DNA of 33,561 nt from Chiloscyllium plagiosum. Taxonomy: Eukaryota. The notes below the pieces were generated by a model. It saw only the letters and a list, made by a program, of their open reading frames with translations. It made no database searches and was not told the origin of the DNA. Each line of letters starts with the position of its first letter. Position 1 is the stretch's first letter. The stretch lies in NCBI RefSeq assembly GCF_004010195.1, contig NW_025214611.1, positions 13,541 to 47,101 on the forward strand, read 5' to 3'. Shown piece by piece: positions 1-11,644 of this stretch. The translations under genes were made by a program, and so were the position numbers.

Positions 1-40
1 GAACAGCACAGCAGGTCAGGCAGCATCTAGGGAACAGAAG

Positions 41-76
41 ATTCGACGTTTCGGGCACATGCCCTTCTTCAGGAAT
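41..76 (-). ncRNA. Minimal type I hammerhead ribozyme motif (Penelope pLTR)
   Basis: Minus strand reads attc-CTGAAGA-a-gggc-atgt-gccc-GAAA-cg-TC-gaat: stem I attc/gaat, core CUGANGA and GAAA, stem II gggc/gccc, palindromic mini stem III (ACGT), UH cleavage site. Confidence 0.7.
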
Positions 77-343
77 GAGCAGAGAGTGTTCAGCAGGAGA
101 AGATAAAAGGTAGGGAGGAGGGACTTGGAGGAGGGGAGTTGGAAGTGGAGGAGATGCGGTGGAGGGCACCGTCGACCACGTCGCCTTCCTGACCTGCAGT
201 CTTCTTGTTGACCTCTCCGCCTCCATCCTACTCCGACCTATCACCCTCACCTTGACCTCTTTCCACCTATCACATTTCCAACGCCCCTCCTCCAAGTCCC
301 TCCTCCCTACCTTTTATCTTCTCCTGCTGAACACTCTCTGCTC

Positions 344-379
344 ATTCCTGAAGAAGGGCCTGTGCCCGAAACGTCGAAT
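344..379 (+). ncRNA. Minimal type I hammerhead ribozyme motif (Penelope pLTR)
   Basis: attc-CTGAAGA-a-gggc-ctgt-gccc-GAAA-cg-TC-gaat, with all core nucleotides and stems present. Confidence 0.7.
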
Positions 380-437
380 CTCCTGTTCCCTGGATGCTGC
401 CTGACCTGCTGTGCTGTTCCAGCAATAAAGTTTCAAC

Positions 438-1850
438 AGCACTACACTGTCAGTGGGCCATGACTGAGTGAGCACTGCACTGTCAGTGTGCCATGACTGA
501 GAGAGCACTGCACTGTCAGTGGGCCATGACTGAGAGAACACTGCACTGTCAGTTGGCCATTACTGAAGTAGCACTGCACTGTCAGTGGGCCATGACTGAG
601 ACAGCACTGCACTGTCAGTGGGCCATGACTGAAGGAGAACTGCACTGTCAGTGGACCATGACTGAGAGAGCACTGCATTGTCAGGGGCCATGACTGAGAG
701 AGCACTGCACTGTCAGTGGGCCAAACTGAGACAGCTGTACACTGTCAGTGGGCCATGACTAAGAGAGCACTGCACTGTCAGTGGGCCATGACTGAGAGAG
801 CACTACACTGTCAGTGGGCCAAGACTGAGAGAGCACTACAATGTCAGTGGGCCATGACTGAAGGAGCTCTGCACTGTTAGTGGGCCATGACTGAGAGAAC
901 ACTGCACTGTCAGTGTGCCATGACTGCGAGAGCACTGCACTGTCAGTGGGCCATTACTGAATTAGCACTGCACTGTCAGTGTGCCATTACTGAAGGAGCA
1001 CTGCACTGTCAGTGGGCCATGACTGAGAGAGCACTGCACTGTCAGTTGTGCATGTATGAAGGAGCACTACACTGTCAGTGGGCCATGACTGAATGAGCAC
1101 AGCACTGTCAGTGGGCCATGACTGAGAGAGCACTGCACTGTCAGTGGGCCATGACTGAGAGAGCACTACACTGTCTGTGGGCCATGACTAAGAGAGCACT
1201 GCATTGTCAGTGAGCCATGTCTGAGAGAGCACTGCATTGTCAGTGAGCCATGACTGAGAGAGCACTGCACTGTCAGTGTGCCATGACTGAGAGATCACTG
1301 CACTATCAGTTTTCCATGACTGAAAGAGCACTGCACTGTCAGTGGGCCATGACTGAGAGCACTGCACTCTCTGTGTGCCTTGACTGAGTGAGCGCTGCAC
1401 TGTCAGTGTGCCATGACTGAGAGAGCACTGCACTATCAGTGGGCACTGACTGAATTAGCACTGCACTGTCAGTGTGCCATGACTAAGACAGCACTGCACT
1501 GTCAGTGTGCCTTGACTGAGTGAGCACTGGACTGTTAGTGGGCCATGACTGAGAGAGCACTGCACTGTCAGTGGGCCATGACTGAGAGAGCACTGCATTG
1601 TCAGTGGGCCATGACTGAGACAGCACTGCACTGTCAGTGAGCCATGACTGAGAGAGCACTGCACTGTCAGTGTGCCATGACTGAGACAGCACTGCACTGT
1701 CAGTGTGCCTTGACTGAGTGAGCACTGCACTGTCAGTGGGCCATGACTGAGACAGCACTGCACTGTCTGTGGGCCATGACTGAGAGAGCACTGCACTGCT
1801 GGTGGGCCAGGGCTGAGTCAGTACTGTATTGTTAGTGGGCCAGGAGTCAG
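438..1850. repeat. 33-bp minisatellite array 1 (~42 units; consensus actgtcagtgggccatgactgagagagcactgc)
   Basis: Head-to-tail 33-bp units with scattered substitutions and a few 31-32-bp units, degenerating at the right end. It explains the repetitive SQSWPTDSAVL, TVQCSLSHGPL and MTERALHCQWA ORFs. Confidence 0.97.
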
Positions 1851-2039
1851 GCAAAAGTGTATTAAACATGATGGTAATTGCAGTGGTCGTTGAAGTTTCT
1901 CATCATTATGAGATCTATGGCTAAATTACTGGTTTGAAGTTCAGAATTCCACATACAGTGTGAAAAGTAATATGGGTGAGCTGAGGGACAGGGCGTGACT
2001 TGTATATTCCTCTCTCCTATCTGAACAACACCACTATGT

Positions 2040-2463
2040 CTAGTCTCTTGTCATGTAGCTGTGTTTTAATTTGCTCCATACCCTTTCCTGCTCTCTATCT
2101 CTATAGCCATATGCGGAGCTCGAACTCTCATTATGTGTCCAATTCCTGCCCTCTTGACTGGCATAGTCTGCTCCATTAATGCTCAGTGAATCCTGCACAC
2201 ATCTAATCATAGATTCATTCCCAATCCCAATATTTGTGGTCTTTCCATTCAGTGTAGAGAACCTAAGTTCTGGAATTCCATCCATTCCATCCTCACCTTT
2301 ATAACACTCCCTAAAATCTAGCTCTTTGAGCAAACATTTGGTTAACTATCTCAATATCTTCTTGCCTAGCTTGGTGCCCACTTTTGTTTATAATCATTTT
2401 TGGGCCACTTCTTGGGCCATTTTAGAATGTTAATGGCGTTATAAAAATGCAACTTGTTTGTGT
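2040..2463 (+). mobile_element. Degenerate LINE2 (L2)-like 3' end
   Basis: Recognisable L2-type tail: ...cctaagttctggaattcca...ctctttgagcaaacatttgg...ggcgttataaaaatgcaacttgtttg. No intact ORF. Confidence 0.55.
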
Positions 2464-2994
2464 TAATCATGCTGCTCACATTTTTTCTCTATGGCAATGT
2501 ATCAATCTCAAACTAATGGGACATTCCCCCATATCAATTCAAAATTAGTGCCACTTACCCTCGCTCTCCCTATAACATTGGTTCCATCCTAACTAATCTT
2601 CCTGCCGGCATTCTTTCCTTAGCTGTGTAGCAATTTTAAAATGTTACTGTTTTGTTCTTTCCTCTCAACAATATATCAACCCTAAACTAATCATTGCTCC
2701 ATAGCTATGTATGGAAACCAAGTGTATCCTACTGCCCCACTCTATCATAACAAACCACTTTTAGTGCTGTAGGAATTCATTTTGCCTCTTTATCAACCCA
2801 CAACCCCACTCTTTCATTTTAACCCTTTATCATTCCAAAACTGTTCCCATTAGTCTACGCTCTTCTCACAGTTATAGATTAATCACAAATTAATTGTGTT
2901 AGCCTATTTGCTCCAAGTTTTAGGGTGAAACATGCATTGTTTGGGAATCTCTCTCATCACAGAGATAGATTGTGAATATGCTAACAGACACAAA

Positions 2995-3166
2995 GCACAG
3001 AAACACTCCAGAGTCCTTCCTGTATGCACAGTTATTCCCCACCTTAGGGCTGACGGAGCACTGATTGAGGGCAGTCTCTATCCCATTACAGTTCACATCA
3101 TAAACAAAGATGTCTCCAGTTCTGTCTCCATCATTGTTACTGACAGAACAGCCCAATAGTTCAACA
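2995..3166 (-). pseudogene. Broken SRCR domain exon (C-terminal half only)
   Basis: Translation GDRTGDIFVYDVNCNGIETALNQCSVSPKVGNNCAYRKDSGVFLC matches SRCR G.G.IWLDDV.C.G.E..L..C...NC.H.EDAGV.C. The preceding LNYWAVLSVT segment is in another frame. The N-terminal GRVE/WGTVC half and the CSG|gt donor are absent. Confidence 0.7.
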
Positions 3167-3591
3167 CTGTATAAAACTTATTGCTCAACATTGTCTTCGG
3201 ACCCCACGAAATCTCGAAGCATGACATCAAACTTGGGCAACAACATTCTTCCATGTTGTTCACCAATTGGAAAAAGCTGAAGGTAGCAATGGCACACATC
3301 TGGTGGGAGAACTTCGATGTCAGTCATCTGGAGGGGCTTCGCAGCACCGTGCCTAACCAAGCTGGCCGAGTCCTGAAGTAATTAACAGTTCGACTGGACA
3401 TACAGTAAATGGTGAGGGAAACAAAGAAATGGAAAAAGCGACCACATTGGCCTTACAAACCTACATGTGGGGATGCAGATGTCTGTGACAATATTGGTCA
3501 GCATGATTCTCATTGAGACTATGTCCTGACTTTATATAGAGAACATCAGCCATTGTAATGTGTGGCACTGTGCTAAACGGGATAGATTCAG

Positions 3592-4385
3592 AGCTTAAAA
3601 ATGTGTTGCTGGAAAAGTGCAATAGGTCAGGCAGCATCAAAGGAACAGGAGAATCGACGTTTCGGGTATGAGCCCTTCTTCAGGAATGAGGAGGGTGTGC
3701 CAAGCAGGCTAAGATAAAAGGTAGGGAGGAGGGATTTGGGGGAGGTGCGTTGGGAATACGATAGGTAGAAGGAGGTTAAAGTGAGGGTGATAGGCAGGAG
3801 AGGGAGTGGGGGCGGAGAGGTCGGGAATAAGATTGCAGGTCAAGAAGGCAATGCTGAGTGTGAGGGTTGGGACTGAGAAAAGGTGGGGGGAGGGAAAATG
3901 AGAAAGCTGGAGAAATCTGCATTCATCCCTTGTGGTTGGAGGATTCCTAGGAGGAAGATGAGGCGCATTTCCTCCAGGCGTCGTGTTGCCATGGTCTGGC
4001 GATGGAGGAGGCCAAGGACCTGCATGTCCTTGGCGGAGTGGGAGGGGGAGTTAAAGTGTTCAGCCACGGGGCGGTTGGGTTGGTTGGTGCAGGTGTGCCA
4101 GAGGTGTTCTCTGAAACATTCCGCAAGTAGGTGGCCTGTCTCCCTAATATAGAGGAGGCCACATCGGGTGCTGTGGATGCAGTAAATGATGTGTGTGGAG
4201 GTGCAGGTTAATGTCTGACAGATATGGAAGGATCCCTTGGGGCCTTGGAGGGAAGTGAGGGGGGAGGTGTGGGCGCAAGTTTTGCATTTCTTGTAGTTGC
4301 AGGGGAAGGTGCCAGGAGTGGAGGTTGGGTTGGTGGGTGGTGTGGATCTGATGAGGGAGTCGAGGAGGGAGTGGTCTTTCCGGAT
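3592..4385 (-). mobile_element. Penelope-like element 3' part: GIY-YIG endonuclease remnant plus pLTR with hammerhead (3652-3687)
   Basis: Minus translation CTSTHIIYCIHSTRCGLLYIRETGHLLAECFREH...PVAEHFNSPSHS...LIFLLGILQPQGMN is the Penelope GIY-YIG signature. The downstream sequence matches the pLTR at 276-437. Confidence 0.85.
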
Positions 4386-5113
4386 TCAGAGCAGATCAAC
4401 AAGTGCAGATATGGGTATCAATGAGGCACTGTGGTCATCAACAGCAGCAAAATTGGAATCAAACAATTGATAATCTTGTGACCAAATATATTTCTCACAC
4501 GAGAATAACCATCAAGCCAGTGGATCAATATTAGTTCAGTGAGGCATGTAACAGAGCATGCCGGGAGCAGCACCCAACAACCAAAAACAGGGAACAAGTC
4601 TGGTGAAGCTACCACATAGGATCAGAGGTATGCAACAAAATTAGACAAAATTAATTGATCAATGGATCAGATAAGAACTCCACAGTGCTGCCACATCCAG
4701 CCAGGAATGCTGACGGCCAATGAAGCAACCAACAGGAGGAAGATGATTGACTAATGTCTCCAACTCAACCTCCTTCAGAAGTGCCAGTAATCACATATAC
4801 CAGTATTCAGTCAATTCAATTCACTCCATGTGATAGCACAAATTGGCGACAGGAACTGGAAACAGCAAAAGTTAGCAGCCCCAGTATTATTCCAACATTA
4901 GTACTTAAAACTTGACCTCCAAAATTGCCATGCCCCTATTTTTAGTACATCTATAACAATGGCACCTCACAACAATGTCGAAAATTGCCCAGATATATCC
5001 AGTCTACATTAAGGAAACCAAATCAGCACGATCATTGAGTTTGTCATTGACAGCGCTGTCAAAGAACACTTACACAGCACTATCCTGCTCACCAATGCTC
5101 AATTTGGGTTCAG

Positions 5114-7243
5114 ACAAGAGACAATAGACAATAGGTGCAGGAGTAGGCCATTCTGCCCTTCGAGCCTGCAACATTTTTCCTGCCTCCAGAGTGTCCAATT
5201 TGCTAATGTTATTACTAATACCATCTTCTATATCATTAATATATATTGTAAAAAGCTGCGGTCCCAGCACTGATCCCTGCGGTACCCCACTGGTCACTGC
5301 CTGCCATTCTGAAATGGAGCCGTTTATCACTACTCTTTGTTTCCTATCAGCCAACCAACTTTCAATCCAAGTTAGTACTTTGCCCCCAATACCATGCGCC
5401 CTAATTTTGTTCACTAACCTCCTATGTGGGACTTTCTCAAAAGCTTTCTGAAAGTCCAGGTAAACTACATCTACTGGATCTCCCTCATCCATCTTCAGAG
5501 TTACATCCTCAAAAAATTCCAGAAGATTAGTCAAGCATGCTTTCCCCTTCATAAATCCATGCTGACTCTGACATATCCTGTTACTACTATCCAGATGTGT
5601 CATAATTTCATCCTTTATAATAGACTCCAGCATCTTTCCCACCACTGAGGTCAGACTAACTGGACTATAATTTTCTGCTTTCTCTCTCCCACCTTTCTTA
5701 AAAACTGGTATAACATTAGCCACCCTCCAATCCGCAGGAACTGATCCCGAATCTATCGAACTCTGGAAAATAATCACCAACGCATCCACAATTTCCCGAG
5801 CCACCTCCTTCAGTACCCTGGGATGCAGACCATCAGGCCCCAGGGACTTANNNNNNNNNNNNNNNNNNNNNNNNNNNNNNNNNNNNNNNNNNNNNNNNNN
5901 NNNNNNNNNNNNNNNNNNNNNNNNNNNNNNNNNNNNNNNNNNNNNNNNNNNNNNNNNNNNNNNNNNNNNNNNNNNNNNNNNNNNNNNNNNNNNNNNNNNN
6001 NNNNNNNNNNNNNNNNNNNNNNNNNNNNNNNNNNNNNNNNNNNNNNNNNNNNNNNNNNNNNNNNNNNNNNNNNNNNNNNNNNNNNNNNNNNNNNNNNNNN
6101 NNNNNNNNNNNNNNNNNNNNNNNNNNNNNNNNNNNNNNNNNNNNNNNNNNNNNNNNNNNNNNNNNNNNNNNNNNNNNNNNNNNNNNNNNNNNNNNNNNNN
6201 NNNNNNNNNNNNNNNNNNNNNNNNNNNNNNNNNNNNNNNNNNNNNNNNNNNNNNNNNNNNNNNNNNNNNNNNNNNNNNNNNNNNNNNNNNNNNNNNNNNN
6301 NNNNNNNNNNNNNNNNNNNNNNNNNNNNNNNNNNNNNNNNNNNNNNNNNNNNNNNNNNNNNNNNNNNNNNNNNNNNNNNNNNNNNNNNNNNNNNNNNNNN
6401 NNNNNNNNNNNNNNNNNNNNNNNNNNNNNNNNNNNNNNNNNNNNNNNNNNNNNNNNNNNNNNNNNNNNNNNNNNNNNNNNNNNNNNNNNNNNNNNNNNNN
6501 NNNNNNNNNTCTAGGTCCCCCTGCGCAAGGGACTGAATATCATCCCTTACCAACATGGCCACCCTACCCCCTCTGCCCGTCAGTCTGTCCTTACGATAGC
6601 ACGTGTAGCCTTGAATATTCATTTCCCAGGCCCTGTCCACTTGAAGCCACGTCTCAGTTATCCCCACAATATCGTATCTGCCAAATTCCAAAAGAGCCTC
6701 AAGCTCATCCATCTTATTTCTAATGCTTCGTGCATTCATGTATAGTATTTTTAATTTGTTACTGCCCTCACCCTTCCCATAAGCTCCTATTTCACTCAAC
6801 CTTACAGCATGATCCCTTTCTGAGTTTTCTGCCTCATTGATACAGTTGCCTTTCTTGACTTCCCTTGTTCTAACTTTCCCTCCAACTTCCTTCTTAAACA
6901 TCCCCTCCCCCTCGCTACTTAGTTTAAATGTAGCTGTGTTGCAGTAGCAAACCTGTCTGCCAGAATGCTGGTCCCGAACCTATTAAGGTGCAAACCGCCT
7001 CTCTTGTATAATTTATGCTTACCACAAAACATACCCCAGTGATCCAAGAATTTAAATCCTTGCTTCCTGCACCAGTTCCCCAGCCACACGTTCAAGTCCA
7101 TTATCTCCCTGTTTCTGGCCTCACCAGTCCAAGGAACTGGAAGCAAACCGGAGATAACCACCCTGGACATCCTGCTTTTCAGCCTTCTTCCAAGTTCTCT
7201 GAAGTCCTGCTGTAGTATGTTCCTCCTCTTCTTCCCGACAAGA
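5114..7243 (-). mobile_element. CR1 LINE (ORF1 esterase-like C-terminus, ORF2 APE endonuclease and RT), 5'-truncated and internally deleted near the 3' end
   Basis: ORF1 ...VVISGLLPVP...FLDHW...LHLN (6919-7240). Endonuclease LYMNARSIRNK...GITETWL (6510-6760). RT PADWRVANVIPVFKKG...QHGFMKG...YLDFQKAF...GVPQGSVLGPQLFTIYIND (5190-5850). The sequence jumps from before the FADD motif to the 3' end with a (ctattgt)n tail; gacaaga is repeated at both ends. Confidence 0.92.
5851..6509. other. Assembly gap (659 N) inside the CR1 ORF2
   Basis: Run of N bases. Confidence 1.
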
Positions 7244-7849
7244 CATTCGGCACCTGATTCTTGTTCCAAACATGGATGAAAGAGCTGAATTCATGAGGTA
7301 AGGTGATAATAACTGTCCTTGATATTAAGACTGAGGATGGCATCAGGGATCCTGAACAAAAGTGAACTCGATGGGAATTAAAAGAAAATCTCTTTGCTAG
7401 TTGCAGTTCTACCTATCACAAAGGAAGATGGTTGCAGTTATTGGAAACCAATAATCTCAGCTGAATGGTAGTTTAGCCGAAGCTCCTCAGGGTGAAGACC
7501 TGAACACAACCATTTTCAGCTGCTTCATCAACAACCATCCCTCTAATAGAAGATTCAACTTAGGAATGTTCTCTGGTGAGTGCACATGATCCCATATCAT
7601 TTCTGACTCCGCAGTGACTGAAGCCGACCACCTCCACAAGGAAGAAGTCCTGAACAACATTCAGGCTTGAACAAAGGAATGGTTGTGTCAGACACATTCA
7701 AGCAATGACCGTCACTTATGATAGAAAAATAATCCAACTCTATCCCCTTGACATGCAAAGACATTACTGTCAGCATGTTTCACCATGGCCACATCAGTTG
7801 GGAATAACCAAATCAGACATAAGTCATGTCTCTTTACATCTAATTTTAT

Positions 7850-9640
7850 CTATGACTAGATCTATATAACATGAATTGGACAATGGTTATGTGAGCTAAT
7901 GAAACAAGTTTTAAGTGACTTCCCACATGCACTGTGAAAGATTGCTTCACTTTGGTGAAGACCATACAAGCAGTACATATTGACAACAAAAGCACGTCCA
8001 TGTCCTTTATCAACATTGCTAGCTTATTTCCCAAAGTAACACTCAAGAAAGCCATTGACATTTGCACTATGTTATGACAATCTAAATGTGCCAACAATAT
8101 CTGAATGTGCTCATCAAACTCATGAACTTTGCAAGTTGTGCAGTTGAGTTCAGTTTCAATAGCATCAGGTATGCTCAATTAAATGGCATTACAGTGGGAT
8201 CTTCACCACACCCAACTCTTGTTAACACCTTCACTGGTGACCATGGAAAGTGCGCCTGTGATGGAATGATAAATAACCTTCTCCCCTTGCATACCTCCAG
8301 TACCTAAATGACATGCTTGCCCATATTTCAATCTACAGCTACAAAGAAGTTCTTTACACAGTTTTAGACACATGATTCTCCACTCAAAGTTACCATAAAA
8401 ATGCACCAATCAAACGCGTGCCCTTATAGCGATGTATTAGTTCAGAAATCTACCAATGGGTCCTCTACTATCATTTGCCAAAAGCCTACATTCAGTGGCC
8501 AATATACACATTGGATTTGCTACAGTTCCATACACTACAAGATCAGCCTTATTGGCAATCTCATGAACAGGGCTCACCATAAGCTTGATACTGAGTAGGC
8601 GCAAATTACTGCACATGCTGGAACCTGTCCTGAAAACAAAAAATACTGGAGATCACAGTGCGTCAAACAGCTTCAATGATCCACATCAACTCTGATAAAG
8701 AGTCTTTAGACTCAAAACGTTAGCTTGCCCTCTCTCCATGATTCTACCCACTGTGATCTCCAACAACTTTTGTTTTTAGTCAAGCTTGATACTGAGTTAG
8801 GGCATATCAAACTATTCTGCCTAACTGCGATCCTGATCAAATCATGACTTGTTCTATATTACAAAAACTCTTAAAGAGCCTTTGTCCACTATTTTTGGCC
8901 CAGACAGTTTACCACATATTACCCTTGAACAACAGATACAGCTAGTTGTCTCCTACTGGTACTCTGCAGTAAACTCATGAGTGGTTTTCTACAAGAATTA
9001 TCATCAAGCTAAAAAATAAATTTGCCTACCACTCAAATAAATAAATAGTTATATGAGTTTCACTGCTGCTGTGATGCCAGTTATATAGATCTATGTCCCA
9101 GTGACTGACATAACATATCAACAGCGTGGCCCATTGGCCATTCATAGTAGATAGCATGCCAATTGTTCTCAACTAAGTCACGCTTGCAACCCTCAGATGT
9201 ATGTACACCATTAGGTGTGATTCTGCTATTGGACATAACTTATTTAATGATCCACACCGTGCTAAAAACCACAGCAGAAACCAATCCAAGATTATCATTC
9301 GCACGCACATTGTTACACATTTGCCTGTGCTACATGTAACATACATTCATACACAGGACCCTTTTTATATGGGGAAAAGGAATTCATACATACCTTGCAG
9401 CTTTTTAATTGGAAGAAGATAGGGGGCATGGTGACTGGCAATTTCTGCTTCATTCCCATGGTAACATCCTGAACAACCAGAGTTTCCTGCCTGGTCTGAA
9501 AACTAACATAGGCAGTTAACTGATCTTGTTGCATCTGCATCTTAACCAATTAGCAGACTCTTCTCATGTTATATAAATTAGTGTATCTTGTTTTAAATAG
9601 GTTTGTTGTATCTTAGTCCTGATGAGTGTCTTTTGTCCCC
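7850..9640 (+). mobile_element. Old degenerate Penelope-like element (RT plus GIY-YIG remnants)
   Basis: VEFSFNSIRYAQLNGITVGSS..PTLVNTF (Penelope Q.DG.AMGSP motif), PYSDVLVQK...CQKPTFSGQY, a YEFHCCCDASYI-like GIY-YIG segment near 9050-9090, DSAIGHNL, and a residual CTGATGA at 9619-9625. Confidence 0.75.
8597..8781 (+). mobile_element. ~185-bp non-autonomous hammerhead-type mini-element with internal inverted repeats and a 16-bp target-site duplication
   Basis: aagcttgatactgagt occurs at 8581-8596 and 8782-8797. Inverted arms aaaacaaa..tggagatcacagtg / cactgtgatctcca..tttgtttt. Decayed core CTGATAA-a-gagtc-ttta-gactc-AAAA-cgt at ~8692-8720. Confidence 0.75.
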
Positions 9641-10299
9641 TTTTGCCAATGTTTAGCAGCTCCATCCTTGAATCACACAACAACTTGTGATTATCATTGA
9701 CTGGAAATGCAATTTTACTGACTAGAAATGTAATGTGACAACATGAACAGTTCAGAGGCTGCAAATTCTTTGGTGAGTACCTCAACCCTTGATGTACTCA
9801 AGTCTGACCAACATTTAGATTCACACTGTGACTGCAGCTCCAACAACATTAAAGAAGCTCAATCTGTACAGGACAAATGAAGCTACCTAATCAGTCTCGT
9901 ATCATGTTTTAAAATATTACTTCCTCTACCATTAATTCTGTGTGGCAATTCTTGTGTCACACATACATGATGGATTGCAACAATTTCAGCAGCACCTTCA
10001 AAAGCCAAATTCTTGACCAGCTAAGATGAAAAGGACAGCAAATCCTAGGGAATAGGAATCAAGGCTTCATCCAAGCTACATCCTATATGGACTTGCAACT
10101 ACATCACCAATTCTTCACTGTCATTTTTTGAAAACTCTCCTGAATTGCAATGCAACTCTACCATCACCAAATGGACAGCACTGATTGAAGAATGTGGCTC
10201 ACCATCATTCTACAGGTTAACCATTAATTATCAAAAAGTGCTGCCTTGCTCACCATGCTCAAATAAATGGATTGGCATTCATTTGATGCTTTATAGGAC

Positions 10300-10718
10300 C
10301 ACTAAATGCCAAAAAAGGTTTTACAGCCAACTAGGGACTATTGTTTTGGAAACATAATCACTATTATGCAGGATACATAGGAGCTAATCTGCAGTCAACA
10401 ACTTGCACAAGTAACAATGACCAGATGACCTGTTTATCGTGATGCTCATTTAGGAATATAAATTGGGCAAGACACCATGGGTAACAACCCTGCTTCTTGT
10501 CAAACCAGTGTGAGCAGACCTTTTACATCAACCCACATGGGTAATGTAGCCTTGGTTTAACATCACAATCAGAAGACAAAACCTTAGACTGGAACACTCC
10601 CTCAATTCTGTACAGGAGTATCAGCCTTGATTATATCACTCAGGCTCTTGACTGGGACTTCTACTCAGAAGTTTAGGATTTACAGGCAAATGTGCAACCA
10701 ACTGAGCCACAACTGACA
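10300..10718 (-). mobile_element. tRNA-derived Deu-domain SINE (SacSINE1-like), degenerate
   Basis: Minus strand begins gtcagttgtggctcagttggttgcac (A-box-like), followed by ...ggctgatactcc...gagggagtg...gttaaaccaagg and ...cctatgtatcctgcataatagtg; pattern recalled from shark Deu-SINEs. Confidence 0.6.
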
Positions 10719-10794
10719 CATCCTACGAAAAAATAAAAGACATTTTCCAATGTGACAGCTGGCAATAAAAGTTAAGATGAAGCCACAGTGGATT

Positions 10795-11130
10795 GGTTTT
10801 ATTCATTCATGAACAAGGATGGCATTAACTGTCCATTAATAATAAGCCAAGAGGAAGGGATGATGGGTTTTCTTGAACTGCTACCTTTATATATAGGTAC
10901 AGCCACAGTGCTGCAAGGAAGAGTGTTTCAGGGTTTGACCCAGCTGCAATGACGGAATAACCAAATTATTTACAAGTCAGCAGGTGTGCAACATGTGTTG
11001 TGACCTTCCCAGGCATCTGTTGCATTTCTTCTACCAGATGGGAGAGGTCATATTTTCAAAGGTGCTGCCAAAGGAAATTTGCCATCATCTAGAATGGTCA
11101 TTTTGATGCCATTGTGCACTAGTCGCAGAG
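10795..11130 (-). mobile_element. Degenerate LINE 3' fragment, resembling the old LINE tail at 10020-10270 in the opposite orientation
   Basis: ttcttgaactgc...ccacagtgctg...tttgacccagc...gaccttcccaggcatctg...ttttcaaaggtgctgcc roughly mirrors 9985-10210. Confidence 0.45.
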
Positions 11131-11139
11131 AAAGAGAAT

Positions 11140-11625
11140 ATTTAAGATGTTTGAGGGAGTGTCGATTAGATAGGCTGTTTATGCCTAGGATAAAGAAATA
11201 GCGAAAGGGTGTAGGCCATAGGGCACTGGAACACAAGGATGAAAACGGCAGACCTGGTAAAGATTCACAGAGAATTAAAGAGGGTGAGAACCCAGGAAGG
11301 ATTTCAACATGAAGATCAACATTCCTGGGTTAGAGAAGGTAAAAGACAGGGAGGGCCAGGGTCTTGGGGGGACATGAATGTGAGCGTGAAAATTGAGAAA
11401 CTGGGAAGGTTTACATTGATAATAAGGCAATGGTGCAATTTGGAAAGGAATACGGGAATAGTAGACGGTGAAGGAGGTTAAAGCAGGCAAGGGCCATGGA
11501 CTGATTTAAACAGGACAATTAGAATTTTGAAACCAAGGTAAAGCCAGAACAGAAGCCAATGTAGGCCAATGTATACTGGGGAGCAAGGGATGTTGGGGCA
11601 TGGTTTGAGATGTGTGGCAAGCTCA
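11140..11625 (-). mobile_element. L2-like LINE fragments
   Basis: ggggccatggactgatttaaacaggacaattagaattttgaaaccaagg...ccaatgtaggcc is the reverse complement of an L2 ORF2 C-terminus (LHWL...FKILIVLFKSVHG). Confidence 0.55.
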
Positions 11626-11644
11626 GTGAGAGCTGCTGATTTAC

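Larger units (their letters stand above)
1..437. mobile_element. Penelope-like element remnant: two inverted pseudo-LTR copies (fold-back structure), cut off at the window start
   Basis: 1-144 is the reverse complement of 276-419 (4 mismatches by eye). Each arm has a hammerhead core. The same pLTR sequence ends the GIY-YIG-bearing element at 3592-4385. AATAAA at 424-429. Confidence 0.8.
4400..10270 (+). mobile_element. Old CR1/L2-clade LINE in three pieces (4400-5113, ~7244-7810, ~9730-10270), split by younger insertions
   Basis: Degenerate RT motifs run on across the insertions: ...ctcaccaatgctcaatttgggttcaga (QFGFR) resumes at 7244 with ...catggatgaaagagctga...gtccttgatattaag, and later ...gctccaacaacattaaagaagctc...ggacaaa. 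No ORF; family recalled from motifs. Confidence 0.55.

Noticed and set aside
438..1850. CRISPR-like array (also 28903-32048)
   Set aside because: Units are contiguous with no unique spacers, there are no cas genes, and the context is vertebrate.
2559..2622. Candidate downstream exon (acacag acceptor, G|gtaagt donor)
   Set aside because: There is an in-frame stop in the phase required after an SRCR exon, and no recognisable domain.
3181..3540. Possible RTE-clade LINE 3' remnant
   Set aside because: The resemblance is too weak to call by eye.
5810..6901. 363-aa and 237-aa ORFs
   Set aside because: Their length is inflated by the N gap; the real sequence is CR1 ORF2.
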